A stretch of DNA of 62,945 nucleotides, counting the filler, from Octopus bimaculoides (lineage: Eukaryota), in NCBI RefSeq assembly GCF_001194135.2. It is 6 parts of 6 records of this genome, joined end to end, with 100 filler letters (N's around TTAATTAATTAA, not from the genome) between each part and the next. Parts side by side here need not be neighbours in the genome. Positions count along the whole stretch, not along the records: positions 1 to 26,661 come from NC_068997.1; positions 26,762 to 45,821 come from NC_068992.1; 4 more parts are not named here. The stretch is one strand, 5' to 3'. Position numbers and translations under genes: made by a program. Every line of letters starts with the position of its first letter. Position 1 is the stretch's first letter. The notes under the pieces are model-generated. The model was not told the DNA's origin. It was given only the letters and a program-made list of their open reading frames with translations, and did not search any database. This document shows positions 26,128 through 37,705 of the stretch, in pieces.

Positions 26128-26219
26128 CAGCTCAACATATTTATCTAAGAGATTATAAAAAAATTTATCCCTTTAAATTTACCAGGTCAGATTTGCTTCT
26201 TTAACAAAGTGAACAATTT
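26128..26219 (-). pseudogene. NO VEIN-like gene exon with two premature stops (IVHFVKEANLTW*I*RDKFFYNLLDKYVEL)
   Basis: TAG acceptor and CTG|GTGAGT donor; continues naturally into GGRK of the next exon but is one base out of phase. Confidence 0.5.
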
Positions 26220-26439
26220 CTAAATATCACTACTCTACCATGAGTAACCTTAATATATCATCAAATCTCATTAACTCTCAAATCAGTACAAAATACCAAT
26301 CCTTATTTTTACTTAATGCCTAGTGCATAAATCTCTGTTTCACAATGTTGTTTGCTTTGTAGCAAACTCATAAGAGGCAGAGAGAGAACGTAAGTTCGTT
26401 TGCCCGAACATGAGAAATTATTGATTTCTCATTGGTTAA

Positions 26440-26661
26440 AAATTACTGCCCATATACGAATTATGAACAGAAAGAATTTGCAAAGCTGTTCAATAATGAA
26501 GAATTAGGCAATAAGAAGCCAACTCAACTTCTTCGGAGCATGAACGAGCTTCTTGGGGATCAACAAATAGAAGAATCTTACCTCAAAGAGGTTTTCTTTA
26601 CTAAATTGCCCTACAAGACACAAACCTTGCTTTCGGCAGTGAAAAATCAAAACTCTCTTCA
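26440..26661 (+). mobile_element. Gypsy (CsRn1-like) gag fragment, cut by an assembly spacer
   Basis: EELGNKKPTQLLRSMNELLG...EVFFTKLP resembles the ELGDRKPSQLLRRM...LFLQRLP gag motif. Confidence 0.7.
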
Positions 26662-26761
26662 NNNNNNNNNNNNNNNNNNNNNNNNNNNNNNNNNNNNNNN
26701 NNNNNTTAATTAATTAANNNNNNNNNNNNNNNNNNNNNNNNNNNNNNNNNNNNNNNNNNNN
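26662..26761. other. Artificial 100-bp spacer (44N-TTAATTAATTAA-44N)
   Basis: Identical structure at 45822-45921, 54603-54702, 58466-58565 and 61410-61509; the palindrome has stops in all six frames. Confidence 0.95.
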
Positions 26762-26820
26762 TATATATATATATATATATATCTGTGTGTTTGTGAATAC
26801 TGTAATTACTTTTTCTACTA

Positions 26821-27022
26821 CAGGCATGAGGCCTGAGATTTTGGCGTAGGAGGTTAGTCGATTACGTTGACCCAAGCGATCAACTGGTACTTATTTAATC
26901 GACCCCGAAGGGATAAGAGGCAAAGTAGACCTCGGTGGAATTTGAACTCAGAACGTACAGACGGATGAAATGTCGCTAAGAATTTTGTTCGGCATGCTAG
27001 CAATTCTGCTAACTCGCGTCTT
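26821..27022 (-). mobile_element. tRNA-derived SINE family 2 (Nin/Deu-like central domain)
   Basis: Minus strand carries TGAGTTCAAATTCC (B box) and GGTCTACTTTGCC...TCGGGGTCGATTAAATAAGTACCAG; many further copies in 26.8-48.9 kb. Confidence 0.75.
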
Positions 27023-28343
27023 GTATATACTGTAATAATCCTTTCTACTGGAAGATTAAGGTCAAATTTGAGGGAAGGGATTAAGTCGATTACATCGATC
27101 CCAGTGGGAAACTGGTACTGTATGTATTGTAATAATAACAACATGTGGATCTTGGTTGAATTTCGGATCATGGGGTTTCAGTTCTTCGATCACCTAACCT
27201 ATCAAACTCATTGAATTTGTAGTGGTTCAGTATTATTCAGGCACTTTAACCATTAATATAATCCTCAGAAAGAATCAGCGACAAGACTATACCTGAATTA
27301 CATATATAATCCACTCGGTGGGCTTCTATATAGTTTCCTTGTACCCACTTTCATTCCCAAAGTTCTACTGGTGGCTATAGAGAATGACACTTTCATAAAA
27401 CACCACGTAGCAATATTTTGGAAATACTTGTAATGGTTTCTGGAAAATCCTTGAAGGACCTGTACCAAGCTTTGGAATTGAAAGTTAGACAAACAACAGA
27501 ATGCACAGTTTCAAAGATCCCAACATCGCTAACAAGATACAGGACTAGATATTGCAACAGATTCGGGTTTCAAGGGCCCACAACATTTCAATACTCTCCT
27601 CAAAAATCTGAGAAACCTGTATAGGGTGGATGTGTCATCAAAACAAAACTGGATCTCCTCTGTCAAAGAGTTCTGGATGAGCTGAGCTCTTGGCAGGAAA
27701 CGCAGATGAGGGCCGCAACATCAAACTCTCTCTTTCACCAAACACCACATATATCAGAGGAGGTTTCAAGTAGCGAAGGTGTAGTAAAGTTAGCGGCAGT
27801 GCACCAACATAGCCGCTGCTCTCGAGCTAAAACTTGTTAAAGAGTTAGAGGGATCGAACCTGAGTCTCAGATCGAACATTTGCTTCGTGAATGAGAAGCG
27901 AACCTTTTACCCATTCTGTCACAGAGCGCCTACAAAATAATTGGCATAATTAATGATTAAATTAAAACACCAAAACATACACACACAGGCATACCCACAG
28001 TAGGCTTTCACATTGAGCGGCTGTTGGTTTTTTTTATACAATCATCGTATTAATTGAGAGCTTAAATGAATTCACTGCCCTCAGCAGGAAATCGAAACGT
28101 ACTTAAAAACTAGGTAACTGCGAAATTAGATATAACAGAAATTAGATACAAGATTAGTTTAAATTTGGAAGAGTCCATAGCTATAAGCCAAACATTATAC
28201 GAAAATCTAAGGGAGCCTCTCTGTGATAACACAACCAGTTTCAAATTGCAGCCCAATGTATAACTTTATATGTTGTCAGGTGAAATGAAAGGGCGTCAGG
28301 CAACAGTTAAATGGATTATGCTGCATATTTATATATATATTGT

Positions 28344-28778
28344 AGGCGCAGGAGTGGCTGTCTGGTACGTAGCTTGCTTACCAATCACATGGTTCTGGGT
28401 TCAGTCCCACTGCCGACCAAAGCCTTGTGAGTGGATTTGGTCGACGGAAACTGAAGGAATCCCGTCGTATATATATATATATNNNNNNNNNNTATATGTA
28501 TATTCATATATCCGTATTCGTGTGTATACGTGTATATACATATATATGTATATGTGTGTGTGTGTGTGTGTGTATGTATTTATGTGTCTGTTTGTTTCCC
28601 AACCATGGCTTGACAACCGATGTTGGTGTGTTTACGTCTCCGTAACTTAGTAGTTCTGCAAAACAGACCAATAAAATAAGCACTAGGCTTACAAAGAATA
28701 AGTCCTGGGGTCGATTTGTTCGACTAAAGGTGGTGCTTCAGCATGGCCGCAGTCAAATGACTGAAAAAAGTAAAAGAA
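28344..28778 (+). mobile_element. tRNA-derived SINE family 1
   Basis: AGGCGCAGGAGTGGCTG head, GGTTCAGTCCC B box, internal microsatellite, tail GCATGGCCGCAGTCAAATGACTGAAA. Confidence 0.85.
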
Positions 28779-28838
28779 TATACATATATGTATATTCATA
28801 TATCCGTATTCGTGTGTATACGTGTATATACATATATA

Positions 28839-28881
<43 letters not shown>

Positions 28882-29000
28882 TTGCTGGAGGTGAGGTGTA
28901 TAAAAAGAGTTGTTATGGTGCCAGCTGGAAGGTCTTCGATCACAGTTCTGGGGGATGAAATTTGACCTGCAGTTAAAACATCAACAATAAATCGGTTTTA

Positions 29001-29206
29001 CTGTAGGCACAATGCCTGAAATTTGGAGACGGAGATAATCGATTACGTCGACCCCAGTGCATAAATGGTATTTAATTTATCAACCCCTAAAGGATGAAAG
29101 GCAAAGACGACCTCGGCGGAATTTGAACTCAGAACATGGCGACGGGCGAAATACCGCTAAGCATTTCGTCCTGCGTGCTAGCGATTCTGCCAGCTCGCCG
29201 CCCTAA
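29001..29206 (-). mobile_element. tRNA-derived SINE family 2
   Basis: Well-preserved copy: GGCGGCGAGCTGGCAGAATCGCTAGC...GTTCTGAGTTCAAATTCCGCCGAGGTC on the minus strand. Confidence 0.8.
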
Positions 29207-29271
29207 AAACATCACTAGTAATAACGTCAACAACATCAACTTCAACATCAACAATAAGAAACGGAACTTAC

Positions 29272-29479
29272 GGCGGTCCAGTTGCCAACCTGCCAGAAAT
29301 GACAAGGCTGTAAACTACATTCTCTTTTTGTCTTGCCGGGCTTCGTCTTTCCTCGACATTGTTCTGCAGAAACGGTCAGATTAAAGGTGGCAGACATTCT
29401 CTGCTGACATAAAATCTGTCTGGTTTGTGTGCCAATTCCACAACTTGCACTACAAGCTGACCATGGCCCAGCTACCCAC
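29272..29479 (-). CDS. THSD4/ADAMTSL4-like (ADAMTS-like, lonely heart type) exon: TSP1 repeat WVAGPWSACSASCGIGTQTRQILCQQ...C..WQVGNWTA
   Basis: AAG acceptor, phase 2 start, GCC|GTAAGT donor, canonical WxxxxWxxCSxxCG-G and RxxxC motifs. Confidence 0.92.
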
Positions 29480-29949
29480 CTTGAAAAGATAATCGGATAC
29501 CCAAAATGAATGATAGATCAACATACATGCATGTATGAATACGCGTATACCAACATTCATATAGATAAATACATCATACTTACACACACATACACACAAC
29601 TCATATTATTAGTGTGTTCTCGCCTGAAGATGGTAGTTAAGCGTGAAACTCGAGTTTCATTAGACTATATATTTTACATCTTGTGTGGACTACCCTCCTA
29701 TTTGTTCAACACAAACGTTCATGTATATATATATGTGTGAAAGGGACACTGAATGCATATTATGTAATAGTACAAATTCTTTATAGCTATTCGGGGACCC
29801 GTCTCTACGAGGGCATTCAACTCTTCTAATCAAAAGGGGTGGGAAAAGTGTAAATGGTAAAGAACCAATCACGTACTCTACTTATAGATTACCTTACCGA
29901 AATGATTTTTACGACGATTGATCGATCCCATAATATTATTTTATGTGCA

Positions 29950-29950
29950 C

Positions 29951-30004
<54 letters not shown>

Positions 30005-30055
30005 GTCTGTCTGTCTGTCTGTCGGTCTGTCGGTTTGTCTGTCTATCTATCTGTC
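29950..30055. repeat. (ATCT)n/(GTCT)n compound microsatellite
   Basis: Direct reading. Confidence 0.95.
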
Positions 30056-30064
30056 GGCCTTTTC

Positions 30065-30800
30065 TATACATCTCCCTGTGAATCACCGGGATACATAATC
30101 AGTGATATTTCCTGGAGTCATTAAGTGTTTCATATCTTTCAAATCAGACTCCTTCACCCAAGTGATCCTGCCGGGATTGATTGAAGCTCAGCTTGTGCCC
30201 AGTTAGCAAATACTGTACTCCTTGTAGCACTGTGCATTCCAGGGTTTGCACATTATGACTCACAGCCACCTTGAAGCAGCGTCTGCTGCCTTTACCGTCA
30301 ACCTTATGATCTTCTTCCCACTGACCCCTGTGATACCCAGCATGTTGTAAGCTCCGCAAAAGGCCAGCGTGCGAAATCCCTGCATCTCAACTCGTTGGGA
30401 TCGTACCTTGCCAATCATTGCTTTGGCATCAGCACAATTTCCTTCTTTTGTATTCACTAGTCTCCTCGATGCGGTCTTTCTAGGGTACGGAGAGTTCTAA
30501 CAGAACCAGCTGTTTGAATCCTTCTGAAGTCAACACCATATCTGACCTTAGTGATGTTGAAGCGACAATTTCTGGGAACTTCACCTGCTTCACCGACTCA
30601 AGTTTTAGCTCTCTTTGGTGTTTCAAGCAGGCCCGATTAAGCAGACCAAGTAGCAGGCATCTTCTCGACCAACTTGACAAAGATGAACTTCCTCGGGCGA
30701 AGGTGATTGCAGTGACTAATCTCCTGATGATCTGTTGTGATTAAGCGCCCAACTGCATACGGAACATCCGATGCTGAGTTCCAAACAATCAGAACGGTAA
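30065..30800 (-). mobile_element. HERO/NeSL-type non-LTR retrotransposon 3' fragment (restriction-like endonuclease plus 3' UTR)
   Basis: KFPEIVASTSLRSDMVLTS...QLVLLELSVP (decayed RPD...ELTVP) and AYNMLGITG...AADAASRWL, followed by a HERO-like 3' UTR. Confidence 0.8.
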
Positions 30801-31143
30801 GGAACCAGTGAACAAGTGAAGTGATACCAAAGTAATGAATGGCAAGGTATGATCCTTTCTGCTTTAGGAACAAGGTCTGAAATTTTTGGGGCGGGAGAGC
30901 TAATGGAATAAATTGGCCCCTAGATCTCGACTAGTTCTTATTTTATCGACCCCGAAACGATGAAAGGCAAAGTCAACGTGGGCGAAATTTGGACTCAGAC
31001 CGTAATGCCGCTAAACATTTTGTCCGGCGTGCTAACGGGACTAATGACATAAACTTGTGTTTGTTGTAACTTCTCCAAAAATTATATACCTATAAGAAAT
31101 TCAGAGTTACGAATTTAATATGTAATTCTGTGTTTGGAGTATA

Positions 31144-31198
<55 letters not shown>

Positions 31199-31524
31199 AA
31201 CAAGTCAGATTGAGAAGATTTTCGTAATCGATTTTCGAAACTTATTGAGGTCTCATCAGAGGTGTTTACATTAATTTGACTAATCTCAGAGCAACAAGCA
31301 GCCAGTCTGTTTATATACTCAAATCTGTCAACTACAGAAAACTGGAGCTACTAATTTTCATACCGTGCGTGTTTAACACTTATCTGCGGCTTGCCATTGT
31401 CAAGGAAATACCATGAACATCATCATCATGGCCCTGTCTCATCTCCCTCTCTTTTTTCTTCTCATTGCTATCAACATCATCACTATTATCATCGCAAACA
31501 CTATTAAGAAGACAATATACTCAC

Positions 31525-31654
31525 TCAGCTCTACAGGGTTGTGTGTTGCAGGCGACAGTTTTAGTAATAGGTTTGTCGTTTTCGTCACAATTTTCATCTG
31601 TAACCGATACTTGAGTATTGTCTTTAACGCAAACTATTATAGTTTTTTCTATAC
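31525..31654 (-). CDS. THSD4/ADAMTSL4-like exon: IEKTIIVCVKDNTQVSVTDENCDENDKPITKTVACNTQPCRAE
   Basis: CCAG acceptor (phase 1), GA|GTGAGT donor (phase 2); completes the TSP1 repeat begun in 34454-35345 and is in phase with both neighbours. Confidence 0.92.
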
Positions 31655-31699
31655 CTGGTAACACACAAAGAAACACAGACAACAGATTAGTGTAACATT

Positions 31700-31912
31700 G
31701 GTTTCAAATTTTGGCACAAGGCCAGCAATTTTGTGGGAGGTGGGGGTGGGGGTGGCTAAGTCGATTAAATCGACCGATGCTTGATTTATCGATCCCGAAA
31801 GAATGAAAGGCAAAGTCGACCTTGGCGGAATTTGAACTCAGAACGTAGTGACGGGCGAAATACCGCTAAGCATTTCGCCCGGTGCGCTAACGATTCTGCC
31901 GGCTCGTCGCCT
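31700..31912 (-). mobile_element. tRNA-derived SINE family 2
   Basis: Same head, B box and central domain as 29001-29206. Confidence 0.8.
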
Positions 31913-31953
31913 TAGTCATAGTAATAATAATAATAATAACAATAATAATAATA

Positions 31954-32028
31954 CACAGCACATACCCAAGGCGCACAGAGCTGCGCTCGGTAGTGAAGTG
32001 AAAGCACGCTATAAAAATAAAACTACTG
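31954..32028 (+). mobile_element. 75-bp 3' terminus of an R4/Dong-type retrotransposon inside an (AAT)n tract
   Basis: 74/75 identical to 61591-61665, which is the 3' UTR downstream of an R4-type ORF end. Confidence 0.85.
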
Positions 32029-32030
32029 AA

Positions 32031-32074
<44 letters not shown>

Positions 32075-32082
32075 TGATGATG

Positions 32083-32140
<58 letters not shown>

Positions 32141-32165
32141 TAATAATGATAACAACAACAATAAT
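32029..32165. repeat. (AAT)n microsatellite with GAT/AAC interruptions
   Basis: Direct reading. Confidence 0.95.
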
Positions 32166-32379
32166 GTTTATAATTTCCAACATAGGTAGAAGGTCAGATA
32201 TTAGTTGTGGTGTGGGTAGAATATAGTCGATGATATTGACCTCATTACATAACAAGTACTTAATTGCCTTTTCATCGTGGAAGAGTAAAAAGCAAAGTCG
32301 GACGAAATGGCACTAAGCATTTTGTTCGGCGCGCTAACGATTTTGCCTGCTCACCACCTTACTAGTATTCTTTTATCGT

Positions 32380-32627
32380 ATTATTTGTTTCGGTCATTTG
32401 ACTGCGACCATACTGGAGCACTGCCTTTAGTCGAGCAAATCGATCCCAGGACTTAATCTTTGTAAACCTAGTACTTATTGTATCGGTCTGTTTTTCTCCA
32501 ACCGCTAGGTTACGGGTACGTAAACACACCAGCATCGGTTGTCAAGCGATGTTAGGGGGACAAATACAGACACACAAACATATACATACATACATACATA
32601 CATACATACATACAAACTCATATGCAT

Positions 32628-32707
<80 letters not shown>
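32380..32707 (-). mobile_element. SINE family 1, 3' half (runs into a gap)
   Basis: GGTCATTTGACTGCGACCATACTGGAGCAC...CATCGGTTGTCAAGCG followed by the internal microsatellite. Confidence 0.8.
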
Positions 32708-34453
32708 NNNNNNNNNNNNNNNNNNNNNNNNNNNNNNNNNNNNNNNCCAGAACGGTGGACACTGCGGGGGCGAGAAGAGGAGAGAAGAGTAAATCAAAAG
32801 ACCTTGAGCGGAGGTGGCTCCTCAGAGTTCACACATTGGTGAACCCTGAGGAGCAGATACCGTAGTAGTCGAGGTGGGAAAAGTAGAAAGAGGGCATAGA
32901 ATGTGTGTTTCAGAGGTCATGCCAACCAGTCGGAGGAGATGCCTTTCTGTCGATATGGTCCAGGATAATTGTGTATGTGTGTGTGAGTGTGTGTGTATGT
33001 GAGTGTGTGTGTGTGTGTGTGTCTATCTTTTAGTAAGGAGGAAAAACTGGGTTACCCATCACCTTTGACATCCTCTCGAGACTGGTAGAAAGGTGAAAGA
33101 AACGCGTTTTCAAACTGGAGATCCGATACAAAAACTTTCCACACCCTAGAGTCCACTAAAGATATCAAAGATAAACCGAACGGTTTAACAGGATTAGGCC
33201 ATGATAGGATTTTGAGCTCAGAATGCAAAGAGCAGGAATAAATACAGCTAAATATCCGATTTGCCGTTCTTACATTTCCTTAATCCACCACCTTGCAGAG
33301 GACCTTTTTTTTTATATCGAAGTCGAAAGCATGAAATGCAAAGTTAACTTTGGCAGGATTTGAAATCAAAGTGCAGTGAGTCAGAAGAAATACTATGAAG
33401 TATTCTATCCGATATTGTAAAAGTTCAACTAATTCACCGCCAGTGAGCTCAGGGGTGGGCTAGTAACATCTGATTTAATGTGTGAGAAAGTGTGTGCAAA
33501 AGCACCACAGAACATGGGCGGTGGAGGTATTGGTAGACACATACGACACCCAACACGGAACGTTGCAACTAATTCATCGCTGACCAAGCACACCAATGAC
33601 ATTTCAACTGTCACCATCTTAGTTTTTCAGATATATCATGTCTAACTAAACTCTCTTTTGGCCAAGGTTGACCACTTAGCGGCACGTAGAAAGCTCCTAC
33701 TCATGGCATAGGATTCGAGCAGAATTTGTTTTTAAGAAATCGTCAATAGATGTAAGCTTTCTTTCTTCACGTCACTGACGTGGTCCAAGCAAAACATGAG
33801 TGTTGATAAAACTTGGTATTTGTGTCGTCGTAGGCGAACTCTGAACGTAAACACTGAAAAGTATTTTGTCCAACGCTCTCCAGCAATTTCGTACTCATAA
33901 CATCTGGTCAAGTACTTTATTTAATCGACCTTCAAGGGATATAAGATAAGGTTGATCTCAGCAGGATTTAAATTCACAACGCAAACAATTATTGCAAGGC
34001 ATTTTGTCTGCCGTTGCTGCCGATCCCTCGCTTCACAGCGTATCTAGGACTGCATAATCTAATGTATTCTTTCTTAGGGGATCTTTTGCTATTACTGGTT
34101 GTAGAGCGGTCTTTTGAACCCTTCCACCAATTCGTGGACCTGTCACTTTTGTAATAATGGTTTTTAATATATGCTCAAGGCCAGTGATTTTGACAATACC
34201 GACTCCAGTGTTTGACGGGTAATTTATTGATCTCGAAAGAATTAAAGGCAGAGTTGATGACGGCGAGATTTGAACTCAGCATGTAAAAAAGTAGGAAGAA
34301 ATGCCACAGAGCATTTTTCTGACGCTCTACCGATTCTGTCAATACGCTGCCATATCGTCATTATCGTAATAATGAATTAACTTTGTTATACCCCTCTTCC
34401 CCCGCAATTGTTAGAGCATTGTAGGATGTCAAATACTTTAAAGTACCACTTAC

Positions 34454-35345
34454 CTCCACCACAAGGTTGTGTGCACTCGGTAAATCCTGAAATTCTCCAT
34501 GAATAGCCGGATGTAGAATCGTCAATATTAGTGCTAGTTTTGTTATTAACTCCGGTATATTTTACGAAGAAGCGTGAGACGGGTCCCGAGTTGTCCACAG
34601 ATTTAGATGAAGCTAATTCTAATTCGGACGTTCCGAGTTTTCTGCCATGATAATCTCCATTGACCTTAACAGGTTGCTTTTTACGTACAATTTTGTCCTG
34701 GTTCGTATCCGTGTTTTCAAAAGAAGTGATCGGAGGTTTCTGAGGGCCAGAGAGAGAAATCGAGGACTTTCGGTGCACAGGTTGTCTTGAAGAGACGAAA
34801 GGATTATTCCGCAATTTTCTATTTACAGCATCGTTTTCACCATGACTGTTTCTATATATAGACGGTCTTGAAATATGATGCTTTTGATAATCACCTCCAT
34901 TTATTGACGGTCTAAATACACCCCTATTATTCTGGTTACGGTATCTTCGGTTTTCTGTAATATTCTTTCTCACGAATGTACCATGGAATTTTCCGGAACT
35001 TACGGTTGTATGATAAGGTGTGGATAAGGTTGTAGGGACTCTTGGCCTTTTTCTGTGACGTCTATGATGAGGACTCATAAAACTTTCATCATAATGATAT
35101 CTTCCATTTTTGGTTCTCATTTTTTTACGTTCATTATGTTGGTGTCCATTCGATTCATTTTCTACAGAATGAGAACTTATTGGCTTTCTGGAATTACTGG
35201 AATGATGGTGACGAGAAAAACTTCCGTGTTTCCAGCTAGAGTGCTTCTCTGTGTGGGAATTTTTCTTTTCCGAATGCCCACCGTTCATGTCAAGTTGGGC
35301 GCTGAACTGATAGGAAATTTCTGATGACTCTCTGTAGAAAAGTAA
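34454..35345 (-). CDS. THSD4/ADAMTSL4-like large exon: spacer end (LLFYRESSEISYQF), about 270-aa basic Ser/His-rich linker, start of TSP1 (YSWRISGFTECTQPCGGG)
   Basis: TTCCTTCAG acceptor in phase 0 matching exon 40346-40518, 297 open codons, G|GTAAGT donor. Confidence 0.9.
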
Positions 35346-35879
35346 CTGAAGGAAAGAATAAAACAATTATTGAAAAATTATTTTCATAACTTTTTTTCAT
35401 CATTATAAATAATTTGAACCATTTAAATATTATTCGTAATGCATTCATAATACCGATTGGCCAGTAATTGCAGTGTTTGTTCGGAGATTGCAGTAACTAG
35501 CCTGTCGACAGTGCGTGTGCATTAAGTATAATGGATAGATGGCTCTTTTAATGAAATTTCATATGCTGGATAAATATCTATATTAAATATACTTATAAAA
35601 CATTGTAGAATAAATCTTATAAGTTATGTAGTTGTATAAGTGTTACAATCTCATTTCCAGCTCGTCTCTGATACTTGGAATTACGCCGATCGACGAGTTA
35701 TTTTTTTTAATAATTCGAGCTAAAATATTTATTTCCACTATCTTGGCAGTTTGTTCCATTACTGTTAAATAACGAATATCAATAATTTCTGTTTAATTTC
35801 GTAATGAAGACGTAAATGATTAATCTTGTAGTTACGCTGTTTATTTTCAATATAGTTCATTAGTTCTAAAAAGGTTTAT

Positions 35880-36335
35880 TTACATCCCGCTTGGACATTT
35901 TGTCTATATTATAAATCTATCAATTAAGCAAATAAACACCAGTTGTAACCTTAAACATTATTATCTGGATTGTATGTTTACTTTATTTATGTCTGATGAT
36001 TTATAATTCTCTTTTATTTATCTTAGGCAATTTTTTTTTATTAAAACAAATCTTACTATTTTCTTTCGGCTGATTTAGTGTCTTTCATTGTTCCTCGCAC
36101 TAGCTAGAGTTAACCCTGCTACATATTACGACAGCCAAAATATCAGTTGATCACTAAGTGTATACAATGATTGTCTCAGTTTTATTTTCTTGTAATTTTG
36201 GTGTCTGAACATATGTTTTAGCTTCGAATTTACTTTTTCGATTATATTCTCTTCGCTTTTTCTAGCATTAAGTGATTCATCTAAATTAGTACTAAAAAAT
36301 TCTGTAAAGGGATACGGTTATATATATCCCTTTTG

Positions 36336-36374
<39 letters not shown>

Positions 36375-36880
36375 CATACATACNNNNNNNNNNNNNNNNN
36401 NNNNNNNNNNNNNNNNNNNNNNNNNNNNNNNNNNNNNNNNNNNNNNNNNNNNNNNNNNNNNNNNNATATATATATATATATATATACATACATACATATA
36501 TATATATGGATGGATGGATTTAATAGTCCCTTTTGGGTTTAAAGAGAAAATATTCAGTCTTTTCTGGGTACATTGACATTTTATTATCAACAAAACAAGA
36601 CTGGAGGTCAAAAAGTTGGGTATTTAATTTTTATTTTATGATTTTTATTTCCTTGTGGGAATAAAGTAAAACAATATCACTGCATAGATAAATTATTTGA
36701 CATCCAGCGACATGAATGTATATATCATTAGACTGATATACATGATAAATAATAGCAGCCGAAAAACGTTACCTTGAGGTACACCGCGTTTTATCTTCGT
36801 TTTGTATGATGTTGTGACAGTATGTCTAACAGTTTATTTTCTTTGATTTCAAAATAGGAACCATTTGGATATCATTCCTA
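35880..36880 (-). mobile_element. Decayed CR1/L2-like RT remnant
   Basis: Minus strand KIKRGVPQG..LLFIMY and KTEYFLFKPK remnants. Confidence 0.5.
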
Positions 36881-36891
36881 CTTCTCTGTTC

Positions 36892-36894
<3 letters not shown>

Positions 36895-36961
<67 letters not shown>

Positions 36962-36962
36962 T
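36895..36962. repeat. (ATT)n microsatellite
   Basis: Direct reading. Confidence 0.95.
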
Positions 36963-37296
36963 TGTTTTATTATTTTTTGTTGCTGAGATAAATTGAGATT
37001 TATCTCTCAATTTATTGAAGTTTCAAAAATAGTAACATCAACGAAATAGGGCAAGTTGGACCGGTGTGAGGAGAGGGAAGTTTCTAACGTTATGAGAATT
37101 TTAATTAATTCCCCTTTTTTTTGCCGACCCAGACCGCCAGATTCCTCAGATTCCAATTATTTTTGTTTACTACACAACCAAGTCTCGAGAATTTTTGTAG
37201 CAAGTGAAAAGATAAAAAAACACAGAGAAACCCTGAATCTGCAGTATTCTTTATGACCAACAGACCGGGATAAATTTGACAAGGTTTCCCATACTC

Positions 37297-37705
37297 AGGC
37301 GTGGCTGTGTGGTAAGACGCTTGCTTCCCAGCCACATGATTCCAGGCTCAGTCCCACTGCATGGCAGCTTGGGCAAGTGTCTTCTACTATAGCCTCGGGT
37401 CGAGTAAGGCCTTGTGAGTGGATGTGGTAGACAGAAACTGAAAGAAGCCCGTCATATATATATATGTATGTATATGTGTGTGTGTTTGTGTCTCTGATTA
37501 TCTCCCACCAACGCTTGACAACTGGCGTTGGTGTGTTTTTACATCCCCGTAACTTAGCGGTTCGGCAAAAGAGAACGATAGACTAAGTATCAGGCTTTAA
37601 AAAGTAAGTACTGGGGACGATTCATTTGACTATGATTCTTGAAGGCGGTGCCTTAGCATGGCCGCAGTCTAATTAATGATTGAAACAAGTGAAAGATATA
37701 AAGAC
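37297..37705 (+). mobile_element. SINE family 1
   Basis: GGCGTGGCTGTGTGGTAAG head through GCATGGCCGCAGTC...TGAAACAAG tail. Confidence 0.85.

Noticed and set aside
26128-26219. Rescue of the TAA stops by A-to-I editing (UAA to UII)
   Set aside because: It would need double editing at two codons and would not fix the phase break.
31220-31260. Minus-strand CTGATGA...CGAAA-A-TCGA-TTA hammerhead-like core
   Set aside because: Stems I and II do not pair, and there is no second copy for support.
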